Assembly (NCBI GenBank): GCA_965222375.1
Contig: CBDCTZ010000016.1
Coordinates: 2,304,001-2,368,000, forward strand
Source: Polyangiaceae bacterium
Lineage (GTDB): Bacteria > Myxococcota_A > Polyangia > Polyangiales > Polyangiaceae
Length of the DNA stretch: 64,000 bases
Reading direction: 5' to 3'
In this document: piece after piece, positions 48,246 to 59,050 of the stretch
How the letters are laid out: every line of letters begins with the position of its first letter
Numbering within the stretch: position 1 is the first letter of the stretch
The notes under the pieces: generated by a model
The model's input: only the letters and a program-made list of their open reading frames with translations
Databases searched by the model: none
Told to the model about the DNA's origin: nothing
Position numbers and translations under genes: made by a program

Positions 48246-48537
48246 TGGTGGCTGCAGTATGCACCCTGGTGGGGGGTGGGGTGCCAACTGCTGCCCGGAT
48301 CGTCTCCGGATGTGGTTACGCCCCCGTCGGTTAGCGAGCGTGCGGAAACGGCGATGGTCACCGCCCGAGCCGGCGGACAACCGAACCTCGTGACCGTGTT
48401 GAACGACCGGAGTGGGCGCTTGCTGCCATCGGGCCAACTCGACTTCGAGATCGCCCCAGACAAGTCCAAGGCTACGCATCGCCGGCGCGTTACCGTCGTT
48501 GGCTGGGCAACCAGCAGCGATGGAAGCACGTGTACGT

Positions 48538-48657
48538 AGGTCGTGGGGCTCGAGCACGAGGGCGCGCGTGCCGTCCCGCCACGGCTTCTTGAAGCTGGGC
48601 TCAAGCTTGGCATCTGTGCGTTGCTCGAGGCGGTCTTGGGCCACCGGCGGTCGGGTG
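48538..48657 (-). mobile_element. IS91/ISCR-like transposase fragment
   Basis: TRPPVAQDRLEQRTDAKLEPSFKKPWRDGTRALVLEPHDL, nearly identical to the protein encoded at about 59650-59770. Confidence 0.8.
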
Positions 48658-48729
48658 CTGGCGCTTTGGCGCCAGAATTTTCGAAAGCGGTCGCTGCAGC
48701 GCGCTGAACTTCGAGCTATGCTCCGGCGC

Positions 48730-50235
48730 ATGCGCGCACTCGTGCCCCTCTCTTTTGTCGCCGTCCTCTTCACTCTCGCCAGTTGCTCCAGCGACGATTC
48801 GAATGGGGGCGGTGCGACCGGGGGCACGAGTGGCAGCGGAGGTTCGGTGACCGGCGGCACTGGCGGCTCCACGGGTGGAACCGGGGGTGCGACGGGTGGA
48901 ACGGGCGGAGCGAGTGGTGGCAGCGCCGGCGCAACTGGAGGCAGCGCGGGTGCCACCGGGGGCAGCGCGGGTGCCGACGCGGGCAGCGATGCAGCGGCGG
49001 ATGCGAGTAGCGATGGAGCGGCAGACGCGAGCAGCGACGCCCCCGCGGACAGCGCAGGCGACACCGCCGCGAGCTGCAGCGTCAACCAAGCGTGTTGCTC
49101 TGGCAGCACCTGCACCGGCGGTTACAACTGCCTCGGCACGACTTGTAGCTGCATCAAGGAGATCCACGGCGACAGCTATCTGCGCACCGATGGCACCGTG
49201 GTGTACTACGGCGCGCCTCAAACCGTGATCGAAGAAGGCACGACCGGGCAGCCCCTGGGCAACGTGAAACAGATCTATGACGGCTGGCGACAGGGCTGTG
49301 CGCTGAAGAACGACAATACGGTGTGGTGTTGGCCCAAGAGCACTTTGGGCAACAGTGCCGGGCAACTCGGCAACGGCACGAAGACGGCGCCGACCAATGC
49401 GCAGCTATTCAAGGCCACCCAAGTGCTGACCGCAGCAGCGACGCCGCTCACGGGCGTGAAGCGGATCTCTTCGGGCGACGCCCGCTGCTACCTGGCAACC
49501 AACACCTGTGCCGTGAAGACCGACGGCACCCTTTGGTGCTGGGGCTCCCACGACAGCAGCGGCGGCGGTGGCGGTAGTCTGTTCAACACGGTCTATGCGG
49601 CGCAGCCCTACGCCACGCAGATCAAAGCCAGCGCCTCCACGAACCTGACTGGCGTCGAGGAAGTCAGTCAGGGCACCCGCCACGCCTGCGTGCTCAAGGA
49701 CGGCGGACAGGTGTGGTGCTGGGGCTCGGGTATCGGTGGCGCCCTTGGTCAAGGCGACGAAATGAAGCGTGACTATCCCGTCAAGGTCACTCTGCCGGCA
49801 GCGGCGAGCGTCGTCGGCGCTGGCTCGGACGCGACCTGCGCCCTGGTAGGCACATCCGTCCACTGTTGGGGCTCCAACAACGGGCAGATCGGGATAGGAG
49901 ATCCGGAGACGACGAGCGACAAGGGCTGCCCGAACTTCTGCAAGAAGACCCCAGTACAGGTCATCGACGGCAGCTCGACGCCCATCACCGGCGTCAAGAG
50001 CTTGAGCATGAACTATTTGTCGGTCTGCGCCACCATGAGCGACCACTCTCTGCACTGCTGGGGTAGCGGCGCCGGCAACGTGGCCGGGCCGCTCATGCTC
50101 GCGGGCAACCCGGTTACCAACGTGGCCCAGCACACTTCATGCACCGCCAATCCGATCAATCAGTCGGTGCGTACCCTGTCCCGGGACAACGTGCTCAAGC
50201 GCGCCACGCTGACCGTGACGCAGCTCTGCCAGTGA
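48730..50235 (+). CDS. RCC1-repeat lipoprotein
   Basis: LASC lipobox, Gly linker, repeated CAxxxDGxVWCWG. Confidence 0.85.
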   Translation: MRALVPLSFVAVLFTLASCSSDDSNGGGATGGTSGSGGSVTGGTGGSTGGTGGATGGTGGASGGSAGATGGSAGATGGSAGADAGSDAAADASSDGAADASSDAPADSAGDTAASCSVNQACCSGSTCTGGYNCLGTTCSCIKEIHGDSYLRTDGTVVYYGAPQTVIEEGTTGQPLGNVKQIYDGWRQGCALKNDNTVWCWPKSTLGNSAGQLGNGTKTAPTNAQLFKATQVLTAAATPLTGVKRISSGDARCYLATNTCAVKTDGTLWCWGSHDSSGGGGGSLFNTVYAAQPYATQIKASASTNLTGVEEVSQGTRHACVLKDGGQVWCWGSGIGGALGQGDEMKRDYPVKVTLPAAASVVGAGSDATCALVGTSVHCWGSNNGQIGIGDPETTSDKGCPNFCKKTPVQVIDGSSTPITGVKSLSMNYLSVCATMSDHSLHCWGSGAGNVAGPLMLAGNPVTNVAQHTSCTANPINQSVRTLSRDNVLKRATLTVTQLCQ

Positions 50236-50296
50236 CATTCTGAACTTGTTGGTTTTTGGGGGTCGACGCGCTTCGTGACACCGGAAGGGGTGAGCC

Positions 50297-51163
50297 TTGG
50301 GTCGGCGCTGGGCCACTACTCTGTATCCGTCTTTACATGTCTTGGTGTCGGTCGCGGATGCCCTCGACTACCTCCACGAACAGCTGGTCCTTCACTTAGA
50401 CGTCAGCCCAGGCAACATCCTGATCGACGAGGACGACCTCGTGCGCCTGACGGATTTTGGCGCTTCGGCTCGGGCGCGAGCGGCGACCGACGCTTCCGGC
50501 AACCAGACTTGCGTGGCCACTTCCCTGCATTCCCTCAATGCAGCCTATGCCGCTCCGGAAGTTTTTGCCGGACCAGCTCGAAGTCGCCCCGATCAATATA
50601 GCCTGTTTCGGGTTTTGCTCTCCATGCTTCAGGGAAAGGTCCAAACTTCGCCCGAGTGGGGGTTTGAGTCTCTCCCCTATCTGACCGAGCGCCAAAACGA
50701 GATTCTCGAGCGGGCGCTGAGCCGTGAACCCGATGAGCGCTTTGAGTCTTGTTCGGAACCCGCGCGAGCTTTCGCGGATGAGCTGGCGCGAGTTTCTGAC
50801 GAGAAACTCGCTTCGGATGTCGAGATGCTCTGTTCCCGCTTCGTCCAACGTGAACGACAGCGCTTGGGTTGCACCACCCAGCGTCTTGGCGGCGCCCTTA
50901 GACTCGGTCAGGGTTTGGAAAGAATTCTACGCGCTGCTTTGGTGTGGCTTGCACGAAAAGAAGACGTCGATGCGCTCTTACTCCCTAAAACGGTCGATGA
51001 GAGAGCGACGTCTCTTTCGACGACCAACACAGGTTCCATCGTAAAGGCGCTCCTCAAAGCCGCGGCGAGTTCACCGCGAAATGCTCGGGCACCAGAAATT
51101 GCGCCGATTGTTGAGGACTCGATGAAAAATAAGAAACACAGTGCCATTTCGAAACTCCTCTAA
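50297..51163 (+). pseudogene. Ser/Thr kinase fragment (C-lobe only)
   Basis: HLDVSPGNILI, LTDFG, YAAPE, DQYSL; N-lobe absent. Confidence 0.65.
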
Positions 51164-51352
51164 CGCTCGCAACGACGTTGTGCACGGGCGCCGCCCTGCC
51201 GACGTGTTTTTACCCTACGCGGAGCGGGCGGCTGCGGTTTTTTCCCACGTGGGGGAAGGCTCGGCGTGAGCCGTCCTCTCTCGTTTTTCTTCTGTAGCTT
51301 GTAGCGCTCTTTCGCTATTGCGGTCCCGGGCAACCGGCGCTTCAAACACGTT

Positions 51353-52471
51353 ATGTGGACGCGTCGATGGGTGTTGCTCTTGGCGGTGGGGTTCTGGGGC
51401 TGCGGTTCGCGCTCGGGAGTCGATACGCTTTTGATGCGCGATGAGCCTTCGCCGACGCCTCAACCAGACTGCGCGGCTTCGCCCTCTAAGCCATTGATGC
51501 TGGCGAGCGTGGCTGCGGCAGGCAGCTATGACAAGGTCGTGGCGATGACGGTCACCCGGGGCTTCGTGTACTTCACGAAAGTCAACGGTTCAAACAATCC
51601 ACTGGGGTTGTTTCGAGTGCCCATCGATGGAGGCGCGCCCGAGCTCGTCGTTCCCGTCGAGGGCGAGCCCTGCAATTTGTTTCGGCCCTTCGCCTATGGC
51701 AACCTTGCGAGCGACGGGCGTTACGTTTTCGGTGCGGCTAGCGAGTCCAAAAATTGCACGGGCTACTCAAAGCACATTTCGGCCTACGACACCAACGATG
51801 ACACCTGGTTCCAGCTTCCAGTCCCCGCCGTTGCTAACTCCAAACCACGCGTGCTCGCGCCGCGAGCGACCCTTGATGGCGGAGCGGCTTGGGTGATCAA
51901 CCCGGGAACTTACGAGGGGCCCACTGTCCTGGCGCGCTGGAGTGGAGGGCCTGTGTCAACCATCGCATTCTCGTTACCCGTTTGGGTTACCAGCTTCGTG
52001 CTAGCGGGCAACGACGCTTTCGTTAGCACGCGCGATAGCGGCATCAAAACGTTGCGCTACATGTCGCTAACGAGCAGCACGCTCAGCGAGCCTGAAACGG
52101 TCGGCCCAGACTTCAGGCTTCTGGGTGCCAACAACAACGCCATCTTCTACACGCCGGATGGGACCACATTGTCACGTCGCGATGTCGCCAGCGGCGTTGT
52201 GACGGCCCTTGGTGCGCCCAAACCCAGAGCTGGTCTTTGGGTTGACGACGACTTTCTCTATCTTGGTCCAGCTGAAGGAGTAACCAGTTCCGCTGCTGTT
52301 GTTATGCGACGGCCAGCTTCGGGTGGCCCGGCCGTCGAGATCTACCGCGATGATTCCCGACGCAGAGTTGACGCCATCACGGCAGACTCCTGCAACGTCT
52401 ATTGGGCGGTTGGCCGCAGCTACGACGACGGCAATTCTCAACCAGTTGCGATCTTCGCGCGCCGACGCTGA
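51353..52471 (+). CDS. Beta-propeller-like lipoprotein
   Basis: WGCGSRS lipobox; VYFT, IFYT, VYWA blades. Confidence 0.65.
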   Translation: MWTRRWVLLLAVGFWGCGSRSGVDTLLMRDEPSPTPQPDCAASPSKPLMLASVAAAGSYDKVVAMTVTRGFVYFTKVNGSNNPLGLFRVPIDGGAPELVVPVEGEPCNLFRPFAYGNLASDGRYVFGAASESKNCTGYSKHISAYDTNDDTWFQLPVPAVANSKPRVLAPRATLDGGAAWVINPGTYEGPTVLARWSGGPVSTIAFSLPVWVTSFVLAGNDAFVSTRDSGIKTLRYMSLTSSTLSEPETVGPDFRLLGANNNAIFYTPDGTTLSRRDVASGVVTALGAPKPRAGLWVDDDFLYLGPAEGVTSSAAVVMRRPASGGPAVEIYRDDSRRRVDAITADSCNVYWAVGRSYDDGNSQPVAIFARRR

Positions 52472-52561
52472 GGTCGCGGCTAGCCGAAGAAAGGGGCGCC
52501 CAGCAACGGCACGATCAGCGGCACGGCCACGGACGTCGCGCACACGATTGACAAGTTGAAA

Positions 52562-52669
52562 ATCGGACGCGGCTTCGACAAGCCATTCAAGAGGGCTCTC
52601 GACGAGATTCGAGTCTACGACAGGGCGCTCTCGCCGGTGGAAGTGGCGAACAGCAAGTCCGGGCCCTGA
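52562..52669 (+). pseudogene. LamG-like domain C-terminal remnant
   Basis: IGRGFDKPFKRALDEIRVYDRALSPVEV. Confidence 0.45.
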
Positions 52670-52904
52670 ACCAAACCAGCGAGCTTTTTCGAACTCGCCA
52701 GCCGAGGGAGCGTTGGGCGCGATGGCTGCGTTTTCGTGATGGGAGGAACAGGCGGCTCGAACCTGAACGTTTCACCTTGGCCGGGCAGCTTGAGTGAGTG
52801 CCCGAGTCACCGCGCTGCCAACCTGCGGTTGGCATTCGGCACGTCCAGTGGCTGAAAGGCACGAAACCTGAGTCGAAAATCGAGAGGATGGCCTGGCATG
52901 GCGC

Positions 52905-54857
52905 ATGCATCAGCCAGCGCCCATGAACTCGCCCCTTCGCCGTGTACTGCTCAGCTCAGGAGCGTCGCTTTCCTTCTTCAGTCTTGCCCTCGGTTGCGCT
53001 CCAGCCCAGGAACCCGGAGCCGGCGCGCCCGCTGAGGAAGTTGCCGTCGAGGTGCTGCTGGACGAGGACCGCAAAGCGGATCTACCGGGCGAACTCCGGC
53101 TGCGATCCGCCCATGCAGTGCGGGCCAACCAGCCGGATGCCGACAGCGAGATCCGTTTCGAGTTCACGCCCGACAAGGGCGATGTCACGGTCGGGAGTGT
53201 TCCGGATCCTCGCTTCTTGCGCTCGGAAGAAAAAGTCGCCGGCGCCATGGTTCGCGAAGACTTGGAGACCAAGGTCGGCGCGCTGCAAGTCCGACTTCCC
53301 AACGTCAATGGGTCGCTCCGACTGTACAACCAACACGGCTTGATCATCGGGAGCGGGACACACTCTGCAGTGCCCAAGGGGCAGCTTCAACAGCCACTGG
53401 CATCCGATGAGGACGTAGGGGAGCTGGTCAAGGTGGTCGACAGCGGCAGCGACGGCCCCGGAGTACGGCTGATGTTTCTCCCCGAGGGATACACCGGAGC
53501 CGAGCTTCCGCAGTTTCATGCCAAGGTGGACGAGTTCGTGGAGAAGCTCCGCTCGGACGAGATCCTAGGCGCGAACTGGAGCATGATGAACGTTTGGCGG
53601 CGGGACATTGCGTCTCGACAATCTGGGATCGACGACCCGAGCACTGGCACCCAGGTGGACACGGCGTTCGACGTGAGCTTTGGCGAGACGATTCGTCGAT
53701 GCGCATGGCCCAAGACCTCCGCTGCCATGAGCTTCGCTGGGCGCCAGGGTGCTGCCGTGAATTCCGACCAAGTCATCGTGCTCGTCAACAACCCTACAGG
53801 CGAGAACATGGGCTGCGCGGGCAGTGGGCTGATCGTTGATGACAGCCCAGACTCCATCGTCCACGAGCTAGGCCATGGGCTGTTCAAGGTTCGGGACGAA
53901 TACAGCACCAGTGCCACGACCAACTGCCGAACTGGCAAGAACGTGTCCTTGTCCTCGGATCCTAGTCAACTGCCCTGGAGCGATCTGGTCAACACGTCCA
54001 CGTTCCCGACCACGCAGCACGACTCAAGCCTCATCGGCGCCTATGAAGGCGCTGGCCACTGCGCGTCCGGAGCGTTTCGACCCCAGCACCGTTGCAAGAT
54101 GAAGTCGCGCAATGACCCCTTCTGCGCGGTGTGCCGCCGCGAAGCAGCGCGCTACTTCAGCGCGAAGCGCGGAGAGTGCGCGGTCGAAACCCTAGGTGGC
54201 ATCCGCTACGCTTTCTGCAATCAGCCCAAGTCGTTCACTGAAGCCGCCGCCCAGTGCGAGCAGCTCGAGGGCTCACTGACCGATATTCGTTCCGAGCAGG
54301 ACAACCACTTCATCTATCACGCCACCCGCGGCTATTCTCAGATCTCGGGCTGGTGGATCGGACTGAGTGACCAGCAGCCCGGAGGCGGCTTTCGCTGGCT
54401 CGACGGCAGCGAGCCAGCCTTTTCGACCTGGGCGAATGAACCGCCCGCTCAGCACTACCCAGAAAACTGTGGCTCCGTGGGTGGCAACTCGCCTACTTGG
54501 CGCACCAGCAATTGCCAGGCGAAATTTCCCTTCGTGTGCAGATTGCCGCCCGAGAAGTTCGAACCTTGGGCAGGCATGAACGAGTCCGGCAGTGTTGCTA
54601 CAGACGAGGAGGCCCACTTCGCAACGCCGACCCTGCCCCCCGGCCGCTACAAGTTCACCCTCTCGGGCACGGGTGACGCGGACTTGTACGTGCGAATCGG
54701 CGGCCCCGCGTCGACGGCTGCTCATGATTGCCGCACCTTCGACGACGGACTGGACGAGAGTTGCTCGGTGCAACTCGATACCCCGGCCGAGGTGCACGCC
54801 ATGGTGCATGGTTGGGTTTGGATTTCCCAGTTCACCCTCGTGGGCGCGCCCGAATAG
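52905..54857 (+). CDS. M64-family metallopeptidase lipoprotein with C-type lectin and PPC domains
   Basis: PEGYT, HELGHGLFKVRDEY, YEGA..FRP..CKM; WWIGLSD..FRWLDGS..ENC; TGDADLYV. Confidence 0.8.
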   Translation: MHQPAPMNSPLRRVLLSSGASLSFFSLALGCAPAQEPGAGAPAEEVAVEVLLDEDRKADLPGELRLRSAHAVRANQPDADSEIRFEFTPDKGDVTVGSVPDPRFLRSEEKVAGAMVREDLETKVGALQVRLPNVNGSLRLYNQHGLIIGSGTHSAVPKGQLQQPLASDEDVGELVKVVDSGSDGPGVRLMFLPEGYTGAELPQFHAKVDEFVEKLRSDEILGANWSMMNVWRRDIASRQSGIDDPSTGTQVDTAFDVSFGETIRRCAWPKTSAAMSFAGRQGAAVNSDQVIVLVNNPTGENMGCAGSGLIVDDSPDSIVHELGHGLFKVRDEYSTSATTNCRTGKNVSLSSDPSQLPWSDLVNTSTFPTTQHDSSLIGAYEGAGHCASGAFRPQHRCKMKSRNDPFCAVCRREAARYFSAKRGECAVETLGGIRYAFCNQPKSFTEAAAQCEQLEGSLTDIRSEQDNHFIYHATRGYSQISGWWIGLSDQQPGGGFRWLDGSEPAFSTWANEPPAQHYPENCGSVGGNSPTWRTSNCQAKFPFVCRLPPEKFEPWAGMNESGSVATDEEAHFATPTLPPGRYKFTLSGTGDADLYVRIGGPASTAAHDCRTFDDGLDESCSVQLDTPAEVHAMVHGWVWISQFTLVGAPE

Positions 54858-54889
54858 TAAGCGATACGGCGAGCGTGACGGGGTGCCGC

Positions 54890-54995
54890 GTCGCACCGCG
54901 CGCCAAACGACAGTTCGGGGTCGCCAGTGTGCGCAACCTGCTAACCGGTGCGCTGGTCGCGGTACAGCGTACGGACAGTGCCCTCCGACTGAATA
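54890..54995 (+). mobile_element. IS91/ISCR-like transposase fragment
   Basis: RAKRQFGVASVRNLLTGALVAVQRTDSALRLN matches the transposase at about 60220-60315. Confidence 0.75.
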
Positions 54996-55032
54996 CTGCC
55001 GCACGGTACCTGGCATGATCACCTCCATGATT

Positions 55033-56280
55033 TCATTCGAATAATTCGCTCTGCGTTTCCAAAGAGTCCCCCAATGCGAGCCGGCCCGAGCGCCTGAGCC
55101 GGTCGAGGATCTGTCGGACGCGAGGGCCATCGAGGTCAGCGCGCCGGATCTCCCACGGCGCGAACGGAACTACTTGCCGCATTGGCAAGACGCCGGCGTC
55201 GACAAGTTTCCGGATCGTGGTGTCGCTAGTTCCTGTGTACTTGACCGCGCCCAGCAAGGTGAGCACGTCTGGGTCTTCGGTCGTCTTGCTGTGTCCTTTG
55301 ATGGCGTGGTTTCGCCGCGCACTCTTGACGGCCATCTTGCTCCAGCGCCTGCCCTTGCCTGTGCGACGTCCAAGCCTGTTGAGCACTATGGCGATAACGT
55401 CGTCACCGTAGCGCGATGCCATCTTCCGAATGACATCCAGATCTTCGTCCGACGTTCGGTGCATCGTCTTCGGGCTCGGCTTGGGGATCTGGAATGCCGT
55501 GTGGCAGCCGCCCTTCCAGTGGACGATGAATGCAAGCGTGCCCGGCGGGGTCTCATCGACAAGGATTTCCTCGATGGTCGCTCGGACGATCTGTTTCTTG
55601 AGCTCGATGGGACACTCGGCGTGATTCCAGACGTCGGCGAAGCGTTCGCCCAAAGCGATCAGTGCGTCGCGTTCCTCGGCCGAGACGACCCGACGTTGCT
55701 GCGCGAGTTCATCCAGTCGCTCTCGGAGCGCTTGAAGCTCTTCGAGCTTGGTGTCCCATCGTCGCTCCAACTCTGCGGCAACGAGTCGATTGCGCGGATC
55801 TGCTTCGTCGTACTGCTCGAAGGCGCGGGACGCTTCGTATTCAAGCTGCTCGAGCCGACGCTGAATGGCTTGGCGGCTGTCGTGCTGGCGTGAGTCGAGC
55901 CGTTCGAGAGCCCCTATGCTCGCGCGGAGGCCGAGTGGAGACAGCACTCGCACGATCTCCTCTGCAAAGCGACGGTCCGCAGTCTTGCCGCCGAAGCCGA
56001 TGCAGTAGCGACCGCTGCTGGCGGCTCCGTAGTCGCCAACGCAGAGGTATCGCGGGCTCGTGCCTTTTGCGCCCCAGTAGCGCACGTGCAGCTTGCGTCC
56101 ACAGCGTCCACACCGCAGCAGTCCTGCGAGCAGTCCGTTGCCTGCACGCGCTGCTCCCGCCGTCTCGTCCGAGTTGTTGCGCCAGTTGTTGCGAGCAATC
56201 ATGCGCTCGTTCTCCTCGAAGGTGGCCCAGTCAATGTACCCTTCATGATGGTCGCGCAGGAAGACCTCCGCGTCTTCTGG
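55033..56280 (-). pseudogene. Large serine recombinase, C-terminal portion (5' truncated)
   Basis: DHHEGYIDW, LLAGLLRCGRCG, DPRNRLVAAELERRW, IVHWKGG; paralog of 61877-63055. Confidence 0.85.
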
Positions 56281-56290
56281 AGCCAGCGGC

Positions 56291-56746
56291 GACACCAAGT
56301 CCGACGCTGAGCGCATCGTCGATATCTATCGTCAGCGGTGGCTGGTGGAAGAATTCTTCCGCGCCCTGAAGACCGGATGTGGATTTCGCAAGCGCCAACT
56401 CACCAACCGACAGTCCATCTACAACTCCCTTGCGCTGCTGGCCCCGATTGCTTGGCGGGCGTTGCTGCTTCGTCAGACGGCTCGAGATGCCTCCGCCTCA
56501 TGACGCACCGTCTTCTCCGACGTCGAGCTGCGCGTATTGCGCGCAAAGGCCGGCAGCATCGGAGTAAGACTGCCCTCACACCCTTCCGCCGCTGAGGCGC
56601 TCGCCTTGCTGGCCCAAATCGGTGGTCACCGAAAGTCCAACGGTCCACCAGGTTGGGAGAAGCTCATCAAAGGTCTACAGCGACTCGACGATCTGGTGGC
56701 TGGTTGGACCCTCCGTGACACCCTCAAGAAGTGATCACGGGTGAGG
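56291..56746 (+). mobile_element. IS4-family (IS50-like) transposase remnant, frameshifted
   Basis: YRQRWLVEEFFRALK (YREK), stop near 56500, then LAQIGGH..GPPGW in another frame. Confidence 0.8.
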
Positions 56747-56859
56747 CGCGTCAGCGGGCGCGCACGTTCTTGAAGCACCATCCGAACAGCCCACACGCAG
56801 CAACGCTGAAGAAGATCGCCGGCAAGCCCTAAGGCGAAGGCACGCGGCGGGGCCCTTCG

Positions 56860-57228
56860 ATGAACTCGACTGTCTGCGCCGTCGCGCCGCTCTTGGCTTT
56901 GCTTTTCGTGAGCGAAGTCGCCGCAGCCGCGCCCCACGTTCCGGTTATCGAGGTCCGGCGTGACAACTCCGCCCAAGACTGCCCGGACACAGGCGGCATG
57001 GTCAGCCGCGTGAACGAGTTGACCGGACAAGCCTCCGTGCGCCCGGCAGATGGCGCCCCCGCTGAGCTCACTCTGCGGGTCACTCTCAGCGCGAGCGGTG
57101 CGGGCTACTCGGCGGCGATCGTGGCGGAAGGATCCCGAAGCGGGCGCCGGAGCATTGCCGACATCGGAGCCGATTGCGCTGGACTGGCCGAAGCCCTCGC
57201 GGTGACGCTGGCGCTCATCGGAGTCTAG
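56860..57228 (+). CDS. Hypothetical secreted protein (possibly truncated)
   Basis: Signal peptide, CPD...CAGLAEALAVTLAL. Confidence 0.45.
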   Translation: MNSTVCAVAPLLALLFVSEVAAAAPHVPVIEVRRDNSAQDCPDTGGMVSRVNELTGQASVRPADGAPAELTLRVTLSASGAGYSAAIVAEGSRSGRRSIADIGADCAGLAEALAVTLALIGV

Positions 57229-57552
57229 GCGGACCAAAGCGTTCGCGCGAAAACACCACGAGGAAAGTTCACGTAACCTCCGGTCCACGATCTAGTTGTT
57301 TCACTCACGCTGGAACGACGGGCGATTTGGCGTTAGCGATCACGAGATCATTGCTCGCTGGCGCGGGCGGCGTAGCGCGCCGGCGAAGGTTCGCGTCGTC
57401 GTTCCACGAAACTGAGCGCGACCACGATCGAAGTGCCCGGCTTTGTGCCACTAGCGCGCTGTCCGCTTAGCGTTCACTCTGCCCGAGAGCCCAGAATTTC
57501 GGGCCACCGGGTCGCTCGGCGTTTGGCACGACAGATGCTGTCCCCAGGCTCC

Positions 57553-58245
57553 ATGAGCCCAGTTCGAGCCGCCCTCGCCACAGTAGTCGTGTCGCTGACC
57601 ATCGTCGCTGCCTGTGGCGGCAGTACCTCCAAGGACAGTGGCGGTGGAAGCGGGGGGGCTGGTGCTCTTGGAGGCTCCGGCGCGGTCGGTGGTGCCGGCG
57701 TCGGCGGGGGTGCCGGGTCGTCTGGAGGCGAGGTCTGCGGCAGTGCGCTCTGCGGTGCCGGGACCTACTGCTGCAGCGCCAGCTGCAGTCTTTGCGTCCC
57801 AGACGGCCAAGCGTGCATCACCATTGACTGCGGAGACGCCTGTGGAACCGCCGTCTGCGGCGCCGATGAATACTGCTGCAACCCCGGCTGCAACCAATGC
57901 ACGAAGAAGGGGCAGCCCTGCCTCGAGATCGATTGCGCTCCGGTCGGGAAGAAGTGCGGCAACAACACCTGCGCGCCGGGTGAGGAGTGCTGCGGCCAAA
58001 ACTGCGGCGTTTGCACCAAGCCTGGCGGGCCATGCCCGGCCATCTGCGTGCCGGATTGCCAAGCTCAGGACGCCACCGGCAAGGGAGCTTGTGCGCTTTC
58101 GTTCGGCGTCAAATGGAATGGTGCCGGTTGCGAGTTTGTGAGCGGTTGCGATTGCGTTGGCGCTGATTGCAAGGCGTTATTCCCTTCTCTACAGGAATGC
58201 GCCAAGGCGTACGCGGGCTGCCCCCAATTCACCGACGAGGGCTAA
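57553..58245 (+). CDS. Cys-rich repeat lipoprotein
   Basis: VAAC lipobox, three CG..C....YCC..C..C repeats. Confidence 0.75.
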   Translation: MSPVRAALATVVVSLTIVAACGGSTSKDSGGGSGGAGALGGSGAVGGAGVGGGAGSSGGEVCGSALCGAGTYCCSASCSLCVPDGQACITIDCGDACGTAVCGADEYCCNPGCNQCTKKGQPCLEIDCAPVGKKCGNNTCAPGEECCGQNCGVCTKPGGPCPAICVPDCQAQDATGKGACALSFGVKWNGAGCEFVSGCDCVGADCKALFPSLQECAKAYAGCPQFTDEG

Positions 58246-58509
58246 CCCTCTGTCCTAAACGACGGCTTTTCGCATACCTCGCGTCACCGGGGCAGGTGCT
58301 CTCCAAGAGCGCCCGGGCAGGGCGGCTCTCCAAGGACCGAGGACCCGATCATCGCCTACTTGCCGGGCCGCGCGGACTGCCGCTCGGGTCAGCCGCCGCA
58401 TCCGCGCAACGCCAGCATTCGGCACCGAGATGTCGTGGGGCGCAGGGGCGCGGGATAATTCATAATTGGGCTCCGCTCTTAGGCTGCGCCGCCGCACGCC
58501 GCAGCGGCA

Positions 58510-59050
58510 CTACGCCAGCAAGGTTGTCAGCGGCCCCTTGTTCAGGGTTGGGTTGCCGAAGGTGTCTCCGGAGACGTCCATCGCTTTCATCAATGTGACG
58601 AACAGATCGTTGTGGGCGCGACCACCGACGTCGACCCAGCGCCCCGTCTTGAGCGCCCCGCCACAGCCGCCGATCAAGACGTAGGGCATGTTGTCGTAGG
58701 TGTGCTTGTTGCCAAAGCCGTAGCTAATCTCGGTCACAGAAACGATCACTGTGCTGTCGAGCAGCGAAACGCCGCCTTCGTCGATCTCGCTCAGAGAATC
58801 GGCTAGGTAGGCCAGCTGCTTCGAATACCAGTTTCCGATATCGATCAGGTTGGTGCGCGCTTGGGAGTTGCTTTCGCCCTCGTGGGACAGTCCGTGATGA
58901 CTCTTGTCCGCGCCCACCTGGGTGTGGCGAATTCCCGACTGCGCGGTGGACCACTGAAGGGACGCAACACGGGTCAGGTCGCAGGTGAGCGCCATGCTCA
59001 GAAGGTCCATCTGGATCTTACCTACTTTGGCGAAGTTCGATGTCTTGAGC
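58510..59050 (-). pseudogene. DUF1552 protein C-terminal fragment
   Basis: MDLLSMALTCDLTRVA, HHGLSH, GGALKTGRW; 5' end replaced by the IS end. Confidence 0.7.

Noticed and set aside
47631..49115. 494-aa minus-strand ORF as one gene
   Set aside because: It is a composite of the antisense Gly linker of the RCC1 gene, a transposase fragment and a separate Cys-rich gene
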